Origin: Octopus vulgaris
Lineage: Eukaryota
Assembly (NCBI GenBank): GCA_951406725.2
Contig: OX597825.1
Location: 88,474,001-88,538,000 of the forward strand
Direction of reading: 5' to 3'
Length of the DNA stretch: 64,000 nucleotides
In this document: one piece after another, positions 26,058 to 38,783 of the stretch
Position numbering within the stretch: the first letter of the stretch is position 1
How the letters are laid out: each line of letters starts with the position of its first letter
Notes under the pieces: model-generated
Seen by the model: the letters and a program-made list of their open reading frames with translations, nothing else
What the model was told of the DNA's origin: nothing
The model's database searches: none
Position numbers and translations under genes: made by a program

Positions 26058-26601
26058 AAATGTCCTGATGCATTACCAGGTAGTGGCTCTTATGTCTTCT
26101 GATCTTAACTGATCGGAAGTGTTATCATGGAAATTGTCTTGTCTTGGTATAAAAGATGGGCTACAGCAAATATTCTGCTCAATACCACAGATTTGCTTGT
26201 CAGTTGTTTGACCTTAACCAGTTGACCATTTCCCTTGGTGGCTGGTGATATGTGCATCTCCGATCACGAGCAGAAGTAGTGGGGTAGCATCATAGCCATG
26301 TATTGAGAAATTCTTTGGGGTTTGAAAATTTCACCTCTGGAAACATGTGTGTTTCGTTCAACATCCTTAAACAACCCTTGCTCAGGGACCTTTTGAGTGG
26401 ATGGGCTACTCAACATGCAGAAAATTCTAACTGGGCTCCACCTTCAAGGTCATACGTTGTTTATCTTGATATGATATCACCATGTCACATATGCTTGTGA
26501 CGCACGTACACTTATTTGACAGGTAGTCCTCATGAGTATTCTGGGCTTCATATATCTCCGGCAGTGGTAATTTGATGGTATGCACTGCTCTCTCACTCAA
26601 T
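26058..26601 (+). mobile_element. ~560-bp non-coding element, copy 2
   Basis: Colinear with 23396-23953. Confidence 0.85.
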
Positions 26602-26617
26602 AAGGATGATAAGGATA

Positions 26618-26963
26618 ACCAGAATCAAAGCGAAATAAGGAAAACTGAACAACTATAATTATTTGAAGTGGGAAATATGAAGGTTGTGGTCAACGACAAG
26701 AGCAGACGTGGTGTCAATTGTATTTGGTGCAGTTGGAAATATCAGCACACATTTACCACCATGGGTCGAGAAGATTGATATATGTGTTAAGTTAGAACAT
26801 CGACAAAAATCAGCTTTGAATGGAACCGCAAGAATACTTCGCAGGGTTTTTGAAGCACGACTTGTAAACACGTGTCACCTTAGTCTATTGGCTATTGACA
26901 GCTGACGTTTTTCATCATACTCAGCAACATATGCTGTGAGTTTCATCAAGTAGTAGTAGTAGT
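26618..26963 (+). pseudogene. R4/Dong-type 3' fragment 5 (degenerate)
   Basis: YLKWEI*RLWS..VVSIVFGAVG..QKSALNGTARILRRVFE; ends in (TAG)n. Confidence 0.75.
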
Positions 26964-26979
26964 ATTTGAGTTTAAATTG

Positions 26980-27198
26980 GGGCCCTGGCAGAATAGCCAA
27001 CACGCCGGAAAAAAAGCTTTGCGGCATTTTGTCCGTCTTTACGCACTGAATTGAAATTCTGCCGAGGTCGACTTTGCTGTTCATCGTTGGATCCGATAAA
27101 ATAAATACCAATTGAGTACCACCGGGGTCGTCGATCTAATCGACTTACGCACCCCCACCACCCGGACAATTGCTGTTCTGATGCCAACATTTGAAGGC
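26980..27198 (+). mobile_element. SINE family B, degenerate
   Basis: CTGGCAGAAT..GCCGAGGTCGACTTTGC..CGATAAAATAAATACC. Confidence 0.75.
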
Positions 27199-28454
27199 AA
27201 TATTCGTCGAGTTTCTATCACTGTCGATTCTGCTAAGAATAAGCTGACTAAATGAGAAGCTATCCTCATAAGTATTATAATCATTCTTTAAGTCAGAAAG
27301 TTCTTTTATCAGATTTTACAGGAAATATAGAAATATTTTCACTTACAGACAAAATCAAATTATTTGAAAAGCACGAAATTGAACTTTCACTTGCATTTTT
27401 TTCATAAATGTTATTGTGAATTGCAAAAATTATAAATATAATTAAATTGAAAGTATTTTTCAGTTTTCTATCCTAAATGTCGTTGTTTGATGTTTGTCTA
27501 GTATAAGCGTATGGAAACAGCAGTCTAGATCTGTTACTGAACCATTCAGATTATCTGTGTGTGTGTGTGTGTAATGTATGTGAACGAATATTTATATACG
27601 TTTGTGAAAAGATATATTCGTTCGAATATGTGTGCGCATTTATGTCTATATATTCCATTTAAATTTTAGTCTGTTAAACAATATTTAGAAACAAAATATT
27701 ACTCTTTATCACATAATTCTATTTTTTAACATATCATATGGAAACCTCATATCTTATTACAAGGAATACCATTAGATTATTTGGAGAATTGTTGTTTACA
27801 GTCCATAACGATTTTATACTGATTATTATAAGAAAAAAAATATCTATTGATCTCAGTTATTCCCAGTTTCTCTAATTTTGCTCTCGACACAACGCTGAAT
27901 AAAAATGAGGTGTCTATTTATGCTCGACATAACTGGTAATTACCAGCTCTCATGACAGACAACGTTTCAGCCGTCGAGGTATATGAATAATTGGTAGATA
28001 AATGGATAAAATATAATTACACACACGCACTCACATCCCTGCGTGTTCGCCATCATTCTGTGAGTATCAGCATTGATTATACACATTTACATATCTCGTT
28101 TTCCATTGTCTATGGAATGCTTCTTTTATTGCTATACATAATATTTACCTTCATGTCTAAAGTAGAGGGCACAGACTCGTAATATTTAGCCAGAGGTTCC
28201 AATTGCAATTTATAGAAAAAACACGAGGGTGTGTATAATGTTACATGGAAACAGAACTGCAAACATGCTCTGTTCTATTATCACATGTTAATTATATTGT
28301 ATATATATATTCTTGTGTTCTTTTACTTGTTTCAGTCATTTGACTGCGGCCATGCTGCAGCACCGCCTCATATATATGATGATGAGGATAATTGCTTCAT
28401 CTCGAAAGGTGATAGCCTTTCCACATACACCGCACAGCATCAAACAGAAAAATT

Positions 28455-29040
28455 CCTACGTTGATGAGCTCTCAGTTGACTTTTAAGACTGACAGGATTT
28501 AAAACACAAGTGAGATATTATTCAAGTTTCTTCCATATTTTTGCTCTTTCGAATCTGATTCTGAAGGTAAATCTTTTGTGAAGTAGCATATGTCTTTGAA
28601 GTCCAGATATTGTCTTACACATTTTGTGACAAATGACACAAGAGGTGATCCGTATTCAAGATTGTAACCTACCCGGTCATTTCAATTTTTGTGTGACTTC
28701 ATATGATTCACGTATCCTGCTTTTGAGAAGAGAACATGATCAAACATAGTACACATCCAATATTCTTAGCTAATTTCAGTTGTTCCTTTGCTTCACACCC
28801 TTTTAAGCTCAGAGAGCTGGATCCTTCCCAGGCTTGCAACCAGTCCTAACAAAACGTCTGCACTTGCTCCATTCTAGGGCGTCCGTTTCCCAATCACTTT
28901 TCTTCATATCCAGTTTTTTCAGGTTTTCTTTCACGCAGTTTTTATATCTTTTACTCGGCGTATGTTGCGGTCAATTACTAGAGTTGAGCTCACCATAAAG
29001 AGATTGTTTCCATTTATTTCAGTACGTTTCTGCATTGAAT
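28455..29040 (-). pseudogene. RTE-type LINE ORF C-terminus with tandem C2H2 zinc fingers
   Basis: LYGEL..KRYKNCVKENLKK..WETDA.. then CTMFDHVLFSKAGYVNHMKSH and CVICHKMCKTISGLQRHMLLH (28577-28640), plus a third degenerate finger. Confidence 0.65.
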
Positions 29041-29201
29041 CACATTACACATAAGCGGTCATCGGCCATTATATAACAAATTCCAGCATCTGAAATAATG
29101 GTTTCTTCTCGGACGCTCGTCAACCTCAGCCGCCATGTATGATTGGCGTCTATAAGGATATGTATACGACCAAATGTGTTTGTGTGTGTGTGTGTGTGTG
29201 T

Positions 29202-29244
<43 letters not shown>

Positions 29245-29269
29245 TGTGTGTGTGTTGCAACCACATGTG

Positions 29270-29468
29270 AATCGTTGTTGTGAATTTTTCCTCCTTCTTC
29301 GTTTTCTTTTGGACTGTTCTCTCACTCCTGTTTCTGCAGAAGAGCTTTGCTCTAAACGTAAATCCACATTTCTTTCCTTCCCCAAGGTTCTGCTAAGACT
29401 TTGCATGCACCACGACCTCGCGTTGTTCTTTTTTCTTTGTGTTTATCCTTCGTTGTTTTGGTTTTACT
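29270..29468 (+). mobile_element. pLTR-like unit with a degenerate minimal hammerhead
   Basis: TTT-CTGCAGA-A-GAGC-TTT-GCTC-TAAAC-GTA-AA at 29331-29362; related to 16832-17030; ends in TA/CA repeat. Confidence 0.5.
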
Positions 29469-29513
<45 letters not shown>

Positions 29514-29516
29514 CAT

Positions 29517-29562
<46 letters not shown>

Positions 29563-29574
<12 letters not shown>

Positions 29575-29793
29575 AGGAAATGAAGAAAATGCTGACAAAT
29601 AATTGAAGTAATTTAAGTAATTTAATTAGGTGAAAGTTCTTTTTACGGTTGCGCATTTGTTATGCTTATCAAAATATGATATTTTGATAAGCATAACAAA
29701 TGCGCAACCGGTAAAAAGAACTTTCACCTAATTAAATTACTTAAATTACTTCAATTATTTGTCAGCATTTTCTTCATTTCCTTTTTTATATAT
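29563..29793. mobile_element. Almost perfect palindrome (~115-bp arms, 1-nt centre at 29678) between (TA)n tracts, each arm with a variant hammerhead-like core
   Basis: Arms differ only by single-base indels; right arm TTGATAA-GCAT-AACAA-ATGC-GCAA-CCG-GTA (29684-29713). Confidence 0.85.
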
Positions 29794-29817
29794 CACCACT
29801 CGTGTTCGACATCTCCT

Positions 29818-29885
<68 letters not shown>

Positions 29886-29923
29886 GAAAGAAGGTTTCAA
29901 AATGCAATTTAAAAGATGTTTAT

Positions 29924-29968
29924 TTACTTAACCGTTTTCACTCTTTGGGAAAAGATTGTCAAAAGTAA
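29924..29968 (-). ncRNA. Hammerhead-like motif with U3-A8 core
   Basis: Minus strand TTACTT-TTGACAA-TCTT-TTCCCA-AAGA-GT-GAAA-ACG-GTT-AAGTAA; 6-bp stem I, GUU site. Confidence 0.6.
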
Positions 29969-30010
29969 CATAGAATATTATGAATTCAAGAAATTTTTTT
30001 ACATAATTGA

Positions 30011-30292
30011 CACATTACATGTATATATACAGTCTTTGGTAACAGGGACATGTTAAGGACATAAAGAAGTACAACAGTGTGATGAGAATATTTGAAAAAA
30101 TGGGCAGAAAAGAATAAAACATATATATTATTGGACGTTTGGTTGCGTTAATTATTGGTTGTTGCAAATTGCCACATTACATGTATATATACAGTCTTTG
30201 GTAACAAGGACATGTTAAGGACATAAGAAAGTACAACAGTATGATGAGAATATTTCAAAAAAATGGGCAGAAAACATTAAAATAAATATATT
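30011..30292 (+). repeat. Two diverged direct copies of a ~110-bp unit, period ~162 bp
   Basis: CACATTACATGTATATATACAGTCTTTGGTAACA.GGACATGTTAAGGACATAA at ~30011 and ~30173. Confidence 0.85.
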
Positions 30293-30664
30293 ATACATCT
30301 CAGGGTCAGTACAGAATATTATGAATTCAAGGCGAGCTTGTTTACTGACCTGTCCGTTTTAGCAGAAATGTAGAATTGAGAAAGATGTACCCGTTTTTTT
30401 CTGTTTTTGGCCTTCCTTCAAGCATCAATGATTTTGGGGTCAGGATGAGGTGAATATGTGTGTCTCTCTGCGTGTGTGTGAATAGATGTGTCTGTGTGTC
30501 TGTAGTATTTGGTCAGACGGCGTCTGTTTGTCAAGTGTGTGTGGTTGTCATGGTGTTGTTTCGGTGCCCAAATTCTGAACTGAAAGACTTCCCCAGGTGG
30601 TGCTATTATGTTAGACATGGTCTGGGCCAATACTGGCCAAAACCTTTCTACGTTATTCTAAGTT

Positions 30665-31136
<472 letters not shown>

Positions 31137-32494
31137 ATGTATGTATGCATGAAATATCGGTCGCACGTGTGGTCTGTGTATACGTATCTGCTGCAGTATA
31201 AAGTCTTTGGAAATCTCTGTGTGTGACATCGAGTGTTAAAATACAATGAATAACCCAGAACTGGTGACCAAGTTCAGCTCGAGATTATGGAGGATATTAG
31301 GTAATGATATTTTGCCATTCATGCAGCTCACCCCTACAATGTACTCGATTTTGCTTCGATAGCCCGCGAAGCAAAATGAAGTCTTGAAAGTCAGAAAAAT
31401 CGGAGAAACCAACAAAACCTTTCAAATTAAATCATCCGAAAGACACACAAGTGCATTTTCAACTTCTTTTTCTACACACACACATACACACAAATTCATG
31501 CACGCTCGCAAAGACATAGTTGAACTATTTTGTAACTCCTACTGAAGGTACAAGTAGCTTATTGTTCCCTTAAATCAGAAAACATAGGGCAAATTATGAG
31601 CGGTGGGGGTCACATTCGTATCCACATTGCATAATCTCATACAAATATATGATTTTTAGACATGTGTATATATATGTATAGGTGTGTGTATCTCACTCGC
31701 ACTCTCTCAATATATATATATATATATATATACACGCAGAGATGCACAATCATATATAAATATAAAACACATACATACAGACACACACACACACGTATAT
31801 ATACTTACACATGCATACATAGTTATCGATATAGGTGTATAGATATATGTAGATACATACACGCGCATATACAAGCATATGCCTCTATATATGTGTGTGT
31901 GTTTATGTACGTTCGCTTGATGCATGTTTATAGAATTTCGATCGTTGTAAATCTGAAGAAATCAACACTTCAAGTGAGTTCTGAGTGAATTATATCGAGT
32001 TCAAGAAAATAATATAATTGAATGAAATCGGTGGAGAAATCTAAGAAGTTGTCTCTAAATCCTAAACAATACAGGGATATTCACTAATAGTTAATAAGTT
32101 GCGAGTAGCCAGATGCATCAAAATCTTCTTTCCAATGCTCTGCAATCGAGATATTCTGTGCTTTTAAAATTGAATTATACCACTAAATTTAGTTCGAACG
32201 ATTAGATTATGAAGTAGCAGCTTAATTAGGCATTAACTGATGTTGAGCAAATGCCTCCTTCCACGAACTCAAATGTTTAAAGTTTCATAAAACAGTAACT
32301 GTTTCAGGCCAACGCGTTTGAAGGGAGGGTCCAAGTTGATTATAACGACTCCAGTACTTGGGATGCATTTTATTTCATTGAGTTGACGATGGCGACGTTT
32401 GAAATTAGAAGGCATACATTCAGGAGATATTCCATTAAGCATTTTGTTCGACGCAACAATATGTCTGCTAGTCATGTCAAGTCATAATAGTTTC

Positions 32495-32820
32495 ATATTT
32501 TGGCTCCGTACGAGCATTTTTTGAGGGGAAGGGGCAAATCGATTACAGCGACCCTAGTACTTGAGAGGTAATGCCACATAGCATTTTGTCCGGCGCGCCA
32601 ACGTTTCCGCCAGCTCGCCGTCTTTTCCCATTTTAATAATCAGTTCTATTACAGGAACAAGGCCTGAAATTTTGGATGTTGATTTGTCGTTTACATCGAC
32701 GCCATTCCAGAATTGGTACTGTTTTATTGATACCGAAATGAAAGGCAGAATTTGAAGTCAGAACGTATCACCGAAGAAATGCCTAGAAATGTTTCGTCCG
32801 GATTGCTAACGATTCCGTCA
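32495..32820 (-). mobile_element. Cluster of degenerate SINE family B fragments
   Basis: CGTTTCCGCCAGCTCGCCG, GAAAGGCAGAATTTGAAGTCAGAACGTA and GCTAACGATTCCG match the family B minus strand. Confidence 0.6.
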
Positions 32821-33634
32821 TATCATATACAACACGTTTTATTAAAAAATTATTAAGTTAAAGTAGAATGCATTCAAAACAGCATTTCACACAACTTCAG
32901 GCTTGCGGTATTTATTACGTACGTAGACAATAAATTATGTTATTCTACGTTAATCCATATTGTAGATGAACGTCGGTACTTGAATATACATGTGTATTCT
33001 TTATATTCCAAAGTCAGTAATAAAGAAATCGCTTAACTCTTACTAAGAAGACAACGCAAATTGGAAATCGGCACGTGCAGACGTGTACCAAGACGGAGGG
33101 ACACACAAACACACATAAACACATGCACACGCACTCACACATCTATGTACATATACGTGCCCTGGAGCACACGAACACCATCAGGTAAACAATAAGTTGC
33201 CGGCAGTATCTTAGAAAATGGTTTTAGTAATATATTGAACTGTCCTAAAATGGATTACAAAGATCAAATCTATTTTTGTAGTGCCTCAGTTCTATAACAC
33301 TTGCAGTACAGTTGAAGATTCAAGGTTATTTCGCAAGTTTTACTGTTGGACATTTTTATGGAACTAAGCATGACTTTATTTCTTTTGAAATTATATATTT
33401 TTTTCTTTTTGACAAAAAGCATTTGATTTGTTCGTAATAAAGGTGTCATCTAAGAAGAGTGTACATTTGTAACCTATATTCTTTGTTTGGGATTAAGTTA
33501 CCTTAGCTACATTAAAACTCGTCTATTTTATAATGACATCAGAATGTAAATATTGTTCACTGTCGGAATTAAATTGAACGTTTGCTATCAATAATCTTAT
33601 TTTCTCATGGAAATACAGCGTACTCTCTCTCTCT

Positions 33635-34010
33635 CTTTACTCTTTTACTTGTTTCGGTCATTTGACTGCGGCCATGCTGGAGTACCACCTTTAGTCGAGC
33701 AAATCGACCCCGGGACTTATTCTTTGTAAGCCCAGTACTTATTCTATCGGTCTCTTTTTGCCGAACCGCTAAGTGACGGGGACGTAAACACACCAGCATC
33801 GATTGTCAAACGATGTTGGGGGACAAACATATACACACATACATATATATATATATATATACATATATACGACAGGCTTCTTTCAGTTTCCGTCTACCAA
33901 ATCCACTCACAAGACATTGGTCGGCCCGAGGCTATAGCAGAAGACACTTGCCTAAGATGTCACGCAGTGGGACTGAACCAGGAACCGTGTGGTTGGTAAA
34001 CAAGCTACTT
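33635..34010 (-). mobile_element. SINE family A, full length
   Basis: Colinear with 8726-9120, including A/B boxes and internal microsatellite. Confidence 0.85.
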
Positions 34011-34186
34011 ACCACACAGCCACTCCTGCGTAAGTGAATTTTCAACAATTTTTAACACACATTAAATTTTTCAAACTTTTATATCAGAAAAATTATAAAA
34101 AGTATAGTTAAATCTTACCCGTGCTTACCCGAAGCGAGGTTTGATCCTGCCCGCTCCAGTTTTCTTTGTTGTGTTACAGAAGAAAA

Positions 34187-35097
34187 ATGGCTCCAGCATC
34201 AGTGTATGCCAAGGAGGAACAGAGACCAAAGGACCAAATTTGTGGATATGAATGTGTGACAAGTACTGAAATTCATCGCAGCCATTCCGTATAATGTAGA
34301 GACAAGACAAACGTGAAGCACGAAGAGGGAGAAGGGCGCCCATCACACTCCACCACTGGCGCGGAGGTTAAACAACAAATCAGGAGATGGTTTTGGTGAA
34401 CCGACGAGTAAACCAGCGATGAGGCGGCACACTCTCTCCAAATTAGATACGCTTCTGCATCTGAAATCATCCACGATAAGCTTCGCTTTCGTAAAATCAG
34501 TGCGAGATAGAGGACAAGAGAGATAGCGCAGTGTTGTGGAGATCTGTTGTCGCCTACTCAATCGCTACAACGATGAACGGAAAAGTTTTTGGAGAGAATA
34601 GTTACATGAAATGAGACATGGATCCATCACATACAACATGAATTCAACAGGCAGTGTATGGAGTGGACACACTCACAATCACCGGCGATAACGACATTTA
34701 AGCCTCAATGTATATATGACTCGATTTATGTGGCGCAGCTGGTTTTATGCTGGACCATTACCAAGTCAAAGTGTTTACAAACACCAGTGTAGGTTACACA
34801 TACAGCTTTGAAACCATTGAAAAATCGGGTCTCCAGTTGCTGAAACACTCTTCATACAGTCCAGATATCGGCTCTTCCGACTATCAGTTCTTTGGGCCGC
34901 TCAAACATCAATTTGTTATGGACAAAGAAGTTCAGAAGGTGATGTATAAATGATGGCATAACCAGCAGACCCTTCTTCTCTGTCGGAATAAGCAAGTTTG
35001 TGGAACGCTGAAAGAATTGCACCGGAAAATGATGTAATTGTTCAAACCCTAATAAATTACAGAAACAAGGGTGCGTATAATTTTTGACTTTCCCTAA
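34187..35097 (+). pseudogene. Decayed mariner transposase, internally deleted
   Basis: EGRP, EIIHDKLRFRKISAR*, RIVT*NETWIHH (=TGDETW), HSSYSPDIGSSDYQFFGPLK (=HPPYSPDLAPSDY). Confidence 0.85.
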
Positions 35098-35429
35098 CCC
35101 TATTAAAGGTCGACTGAACCCACAGATTCCGGAAAACGAAGGTCAATAACTGCTGAATGATGTTCATTTACGCACCCATATGACTTTTTAGAAACATATG
35201 TGCATATAGAAATATTTGTCTATACCAATAAAATACTGACATGTGACGTCACTTGGTTATTGTCGAGTATAATACCGAATGATTGAATGAGAAATATACC
35301 AGAAATTTCCGCATTACAAGAACTGTTGTTACACACATAAATTATTGTAAAATAAATATAATCGGTGTGTGAAAGTAAGTGAACGTTAGATATTATTCTG
35401 ATTCTGTAGGAACTAAGATAAGCACCACA

Positions 35430-36420
35430 GCCACTGGTGATTTCTCCATCCATTGAACCAATGGTTCACTGTGTCCCTTTTCTTTTTGTGGATTTTAGTT
35501 CCCTCCTCTACAGGTTCCTCACTTAAGCAGCCCTTATTACACATTCTGCCTGGATCCCGAAGCAAACTGCATGGAGATGTGGTATTCGACAATCACCTTA
35601 CTTTTGGTCTACTCTGTCGCTTGGCTGGGTTTGAGGTATCCTTCATGCAACTCTGTCTAGGGATACTATCACCCCACGTCCGGAGCCCTGTAACTGTGAC
35701 CTCTCCATACAGGGAAGTGGCTGCTGGAATTGGGGAGATTCTTTGATCTCCGAGCTGCGCACATTGTCGATAAAAGTCACTCCAAAATTCCTTCGGAAGA
35801 TCCTCCTTTGGGCTGCTTGTATACGGGATCTTACTCGTTCGGCCTTTACCTATGATTTATGACCATTGGTGAGGAGAGGCACGAAAAGAGATGTGAAGGA
35901 AGCAGGGTAATTATTTTTTCCACTGGCCCATCCTTTTCTGAGTGTCTGATGCTGGAACTGGAACTTCCAGCATCCAATCTAGTCTCCTGCTTCTGGTCAT
36001 TCATGATTATGGCTCCGAGACCCTTAAACGTGACCACATATCTTAGTGATGTTCCATTAACATGCAGAGTGCACTGACAAGCCTTCTTTTTATGCGTATC
36101 AACATCCCAGTCTCTGCAACACTAATTCTCATCCCTGCTTCGCATTATTTCATAGCAAACACATTCAATGCAGGTTGGTGATCATGTTTTCATACGCCAA
36201 GTGGCACCATAACATCGGCATATATCAGCTGACAGATCCCACTTCTACCGATTCTGATACTAATTATATAACGCCTGCACATGTAAACCCAGTTCATAGA
36301 AATTAGGAGAAGATGGGATGAAAATGCGCTCCCTAGACCCATTTTGCTTTCAACATTTCTCCAAAGGTCTTTCCACAGGTCCATGCATGTACGAGCTGGG
36401 CAGAGAATACTTTTTCCTTT
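35430..36420 (-). pseudogene. Decayed RTE-type LINE reverse transcriptase 3' region
   Basis: GLGSAFSSHLLLISM (QG..LSP.LF-like), LIYADV (YADD-like), VTFKGLGAII (FKYLG-like) in expected order. Confidence 0.55.
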
Positions 36421-36672
36421 GTTAAATCATTAAAGATCTGGAAAGGAATTTTATTTTCTTAGAGGTCTCGCCACGTTTCAGAGCTTTAATCTCCTCTATG
36501 ATATCCCCGCCCACCACTGAGGTTTTGCCTTGTCCCTGGATGCACCTTGCGACTATCAGAAGACATTTTTGTAACTGGATTTAGGAGAAAAGCAAAGCAT
36601 TCTCTCTGGTTGAGCTAAGACAAAATCTATCAGTGACCTCTGTATCAAATTATCCTTATGCCAGATATAATT

Positions 36673-36704
<32 letters not shown>

Positions 36705-37744
36705 ATCTACTCGGAGTAATGCGTCGATTTTTTAATTGGAAATGTAAAGTGTAATTTGAGGAATATTTCGCTATTATTTCTAGCATGTCAGTTGACTGCA
36801 TAAAGGGCCTAATGTAAATGTGGTTGAATTTTAATACAATATCAACTTTGATCACTATTCAACCAGGTCTAGGATTACACGTATACCAGACGTGACCAAC
36901 CTACCGTTTTTAATTATATATATCAGGATATATATGGCAGTCAGTTTCCCATTTTTTGCTATAGACGCTGCTGTATTGATGTCTGTAAGCAGTTCACACA
37001 CCTTGACAAAGATTTCCGAATAGGGAAAAATAATGTTAGGCAGTGGTATGTCGAACAATGTGTGTGACCGAAAACAAGAAACATACACTGAAGTTATCTT
37101 TCTGTGGGTGTGGCCGTTCGCCTGCCTCCGCCTGTTTCTCGTACTTTCTGTTTCATATCATCGATGAAAGAAATCGGTGGCGTTAGGTTTCGGTTATTTG
37201 CAATTAATTATTGAAGAATGGTAGTTATTGTAGGAGACGTTGTGAGATATCAGTCATGTCAGAACATTATGACAAATGAGGGTTAGGGAAATGAAGATAT
37301 ATATCTATACACCAGTTACATTATAATTATTACTTTTGATGGCAAAATTGTTGCCTGTTTCATTGATAATACAGAATGCTATATCTACTCAAGACGACAG
37401 ATAAAACCAATGATTAAATTCCTTAAATAAAACCTACGCACATCTTATCAAATATTTAAACGTTGCAAATGGAAAGACGCCTAAGAGACCGGCAGTTCAT
37501 AAAAGTAGTGATATCAAAACGATATCACACCTTGGATACTATTAACATTTTCAGTTATAAACAGTTATTGATAATCACCAGAATCGATTAAATATACTTA
37601 CAAGATTTACAAAACAGAGAAAGATTTAATTGTAAAATATCTATAATAAAGAAGCCAAAATCTAAAAGTGTAATTATGAGTTCTGGTATTTTGTTTATTA
37701 ATACTGTTACCATTCCACAGCTTTATGAAGACGGTATAACACTA

Positions 37745-37971
37745 GCGGCGAGCTGGCAGAAACGTTAGCACGTCGGGCGAAATGCGTAACCGTATTTCGT
37801 CTGCCGTTACGTTCTGAGTTCAAATTCCGCCGAGGACGACTTTGCCTTTCATCCTTTCGGGCTTGATTAAATAAGTACCAGTTACGCACTGGGGTCGATG
37901 TAATCGACTTAATTCGTGTGTCTGTTCTTGTTTGTCCCCTGTATGTTTAGCCCCTTGTGGTTAATAAAGAG
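37745..37971 (+). mobile_element. SINE family B (Meta-domain type), full length
   Basis: GCGGCGAGCTGGCAGAAACGTTAG head, GAGTTCAAATTCC B box, GCCTTTCATCCTTTCGG..TAAGTACCAG domain, tail CCCCTTGTGGTTAATAAAG. Confidence 0.85.
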
Positions 37972-38783
37972 ACAGGTATAACACTAGCCATTTCACTAAT
38001 CGCTTCACAACAGAGCAGCTGCACGGTCCCTTTCACCCGCAAAGTGTGTTTCAATCCTTCACAAATAAAAAAAAACATGTTATCACTCATTATTCTACGA
38101 ATGTAAGCTTTGCTGTTCGCTGTTCACTTGAAGTCGATGTAACTTTGGTATTGATATAAGCGTATCCTACTTGACCCTACGTCAAAAATAGAAAAATATG
38201 TTGGTGATGATGCCAATATTTTTCTATGACATATAGTGTAGGTCTAGAAATAATATTTTACAGAAATATTCGATCAACTCTTATCCATGGAATTGCAGTT
38301 TTAAAATGTCTTACCGTGGTGAACAGCAAACACGTACGCGCGCGCGCACACACGCACACGCGCGCACACACGCACACGCACATACAATTTGATACCATCA
38401 ATCGAATAGCCTGCTTCGCCTTCCATTTACTTGTATTTACTCCCTTCAAACATTCTACTCTTAAATGTCACTGCATTATCGCCCGGAACTTTAAATGCCA
38501 ACGCCACTTGCTTGAGTAAGGCCGGATTTACGGTAACGTTTACCTGCATCCACTCCTGGCCCCATTTTCTTCACATTTTGCACACTCAATCTGCCAACAT
38601 TACAACTATTATCTACTTACAAGCACTCAGAAGTAACCCTCAGACCGGAAATACCATGCACTCACCCCTTAGTTTTCTACATATTTTGTACTCCACGTAA
38701 ATCTCTCATGTAAAAATATATATCGACATGTTTAAACATAACTGTTTATCTGGCGATTATTTTTAGTATTTGTTTCTCTGTAT

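Noticed and set aside
23279-26058. Repeat-spacer look of the (TAA)n-separated array as CRISPR- or integron-like
   Set aside because: Repeats are variable-length microsatellites and the spacers are retrotransposon 3' ends; eukaryotic context, no cas or integrase gene
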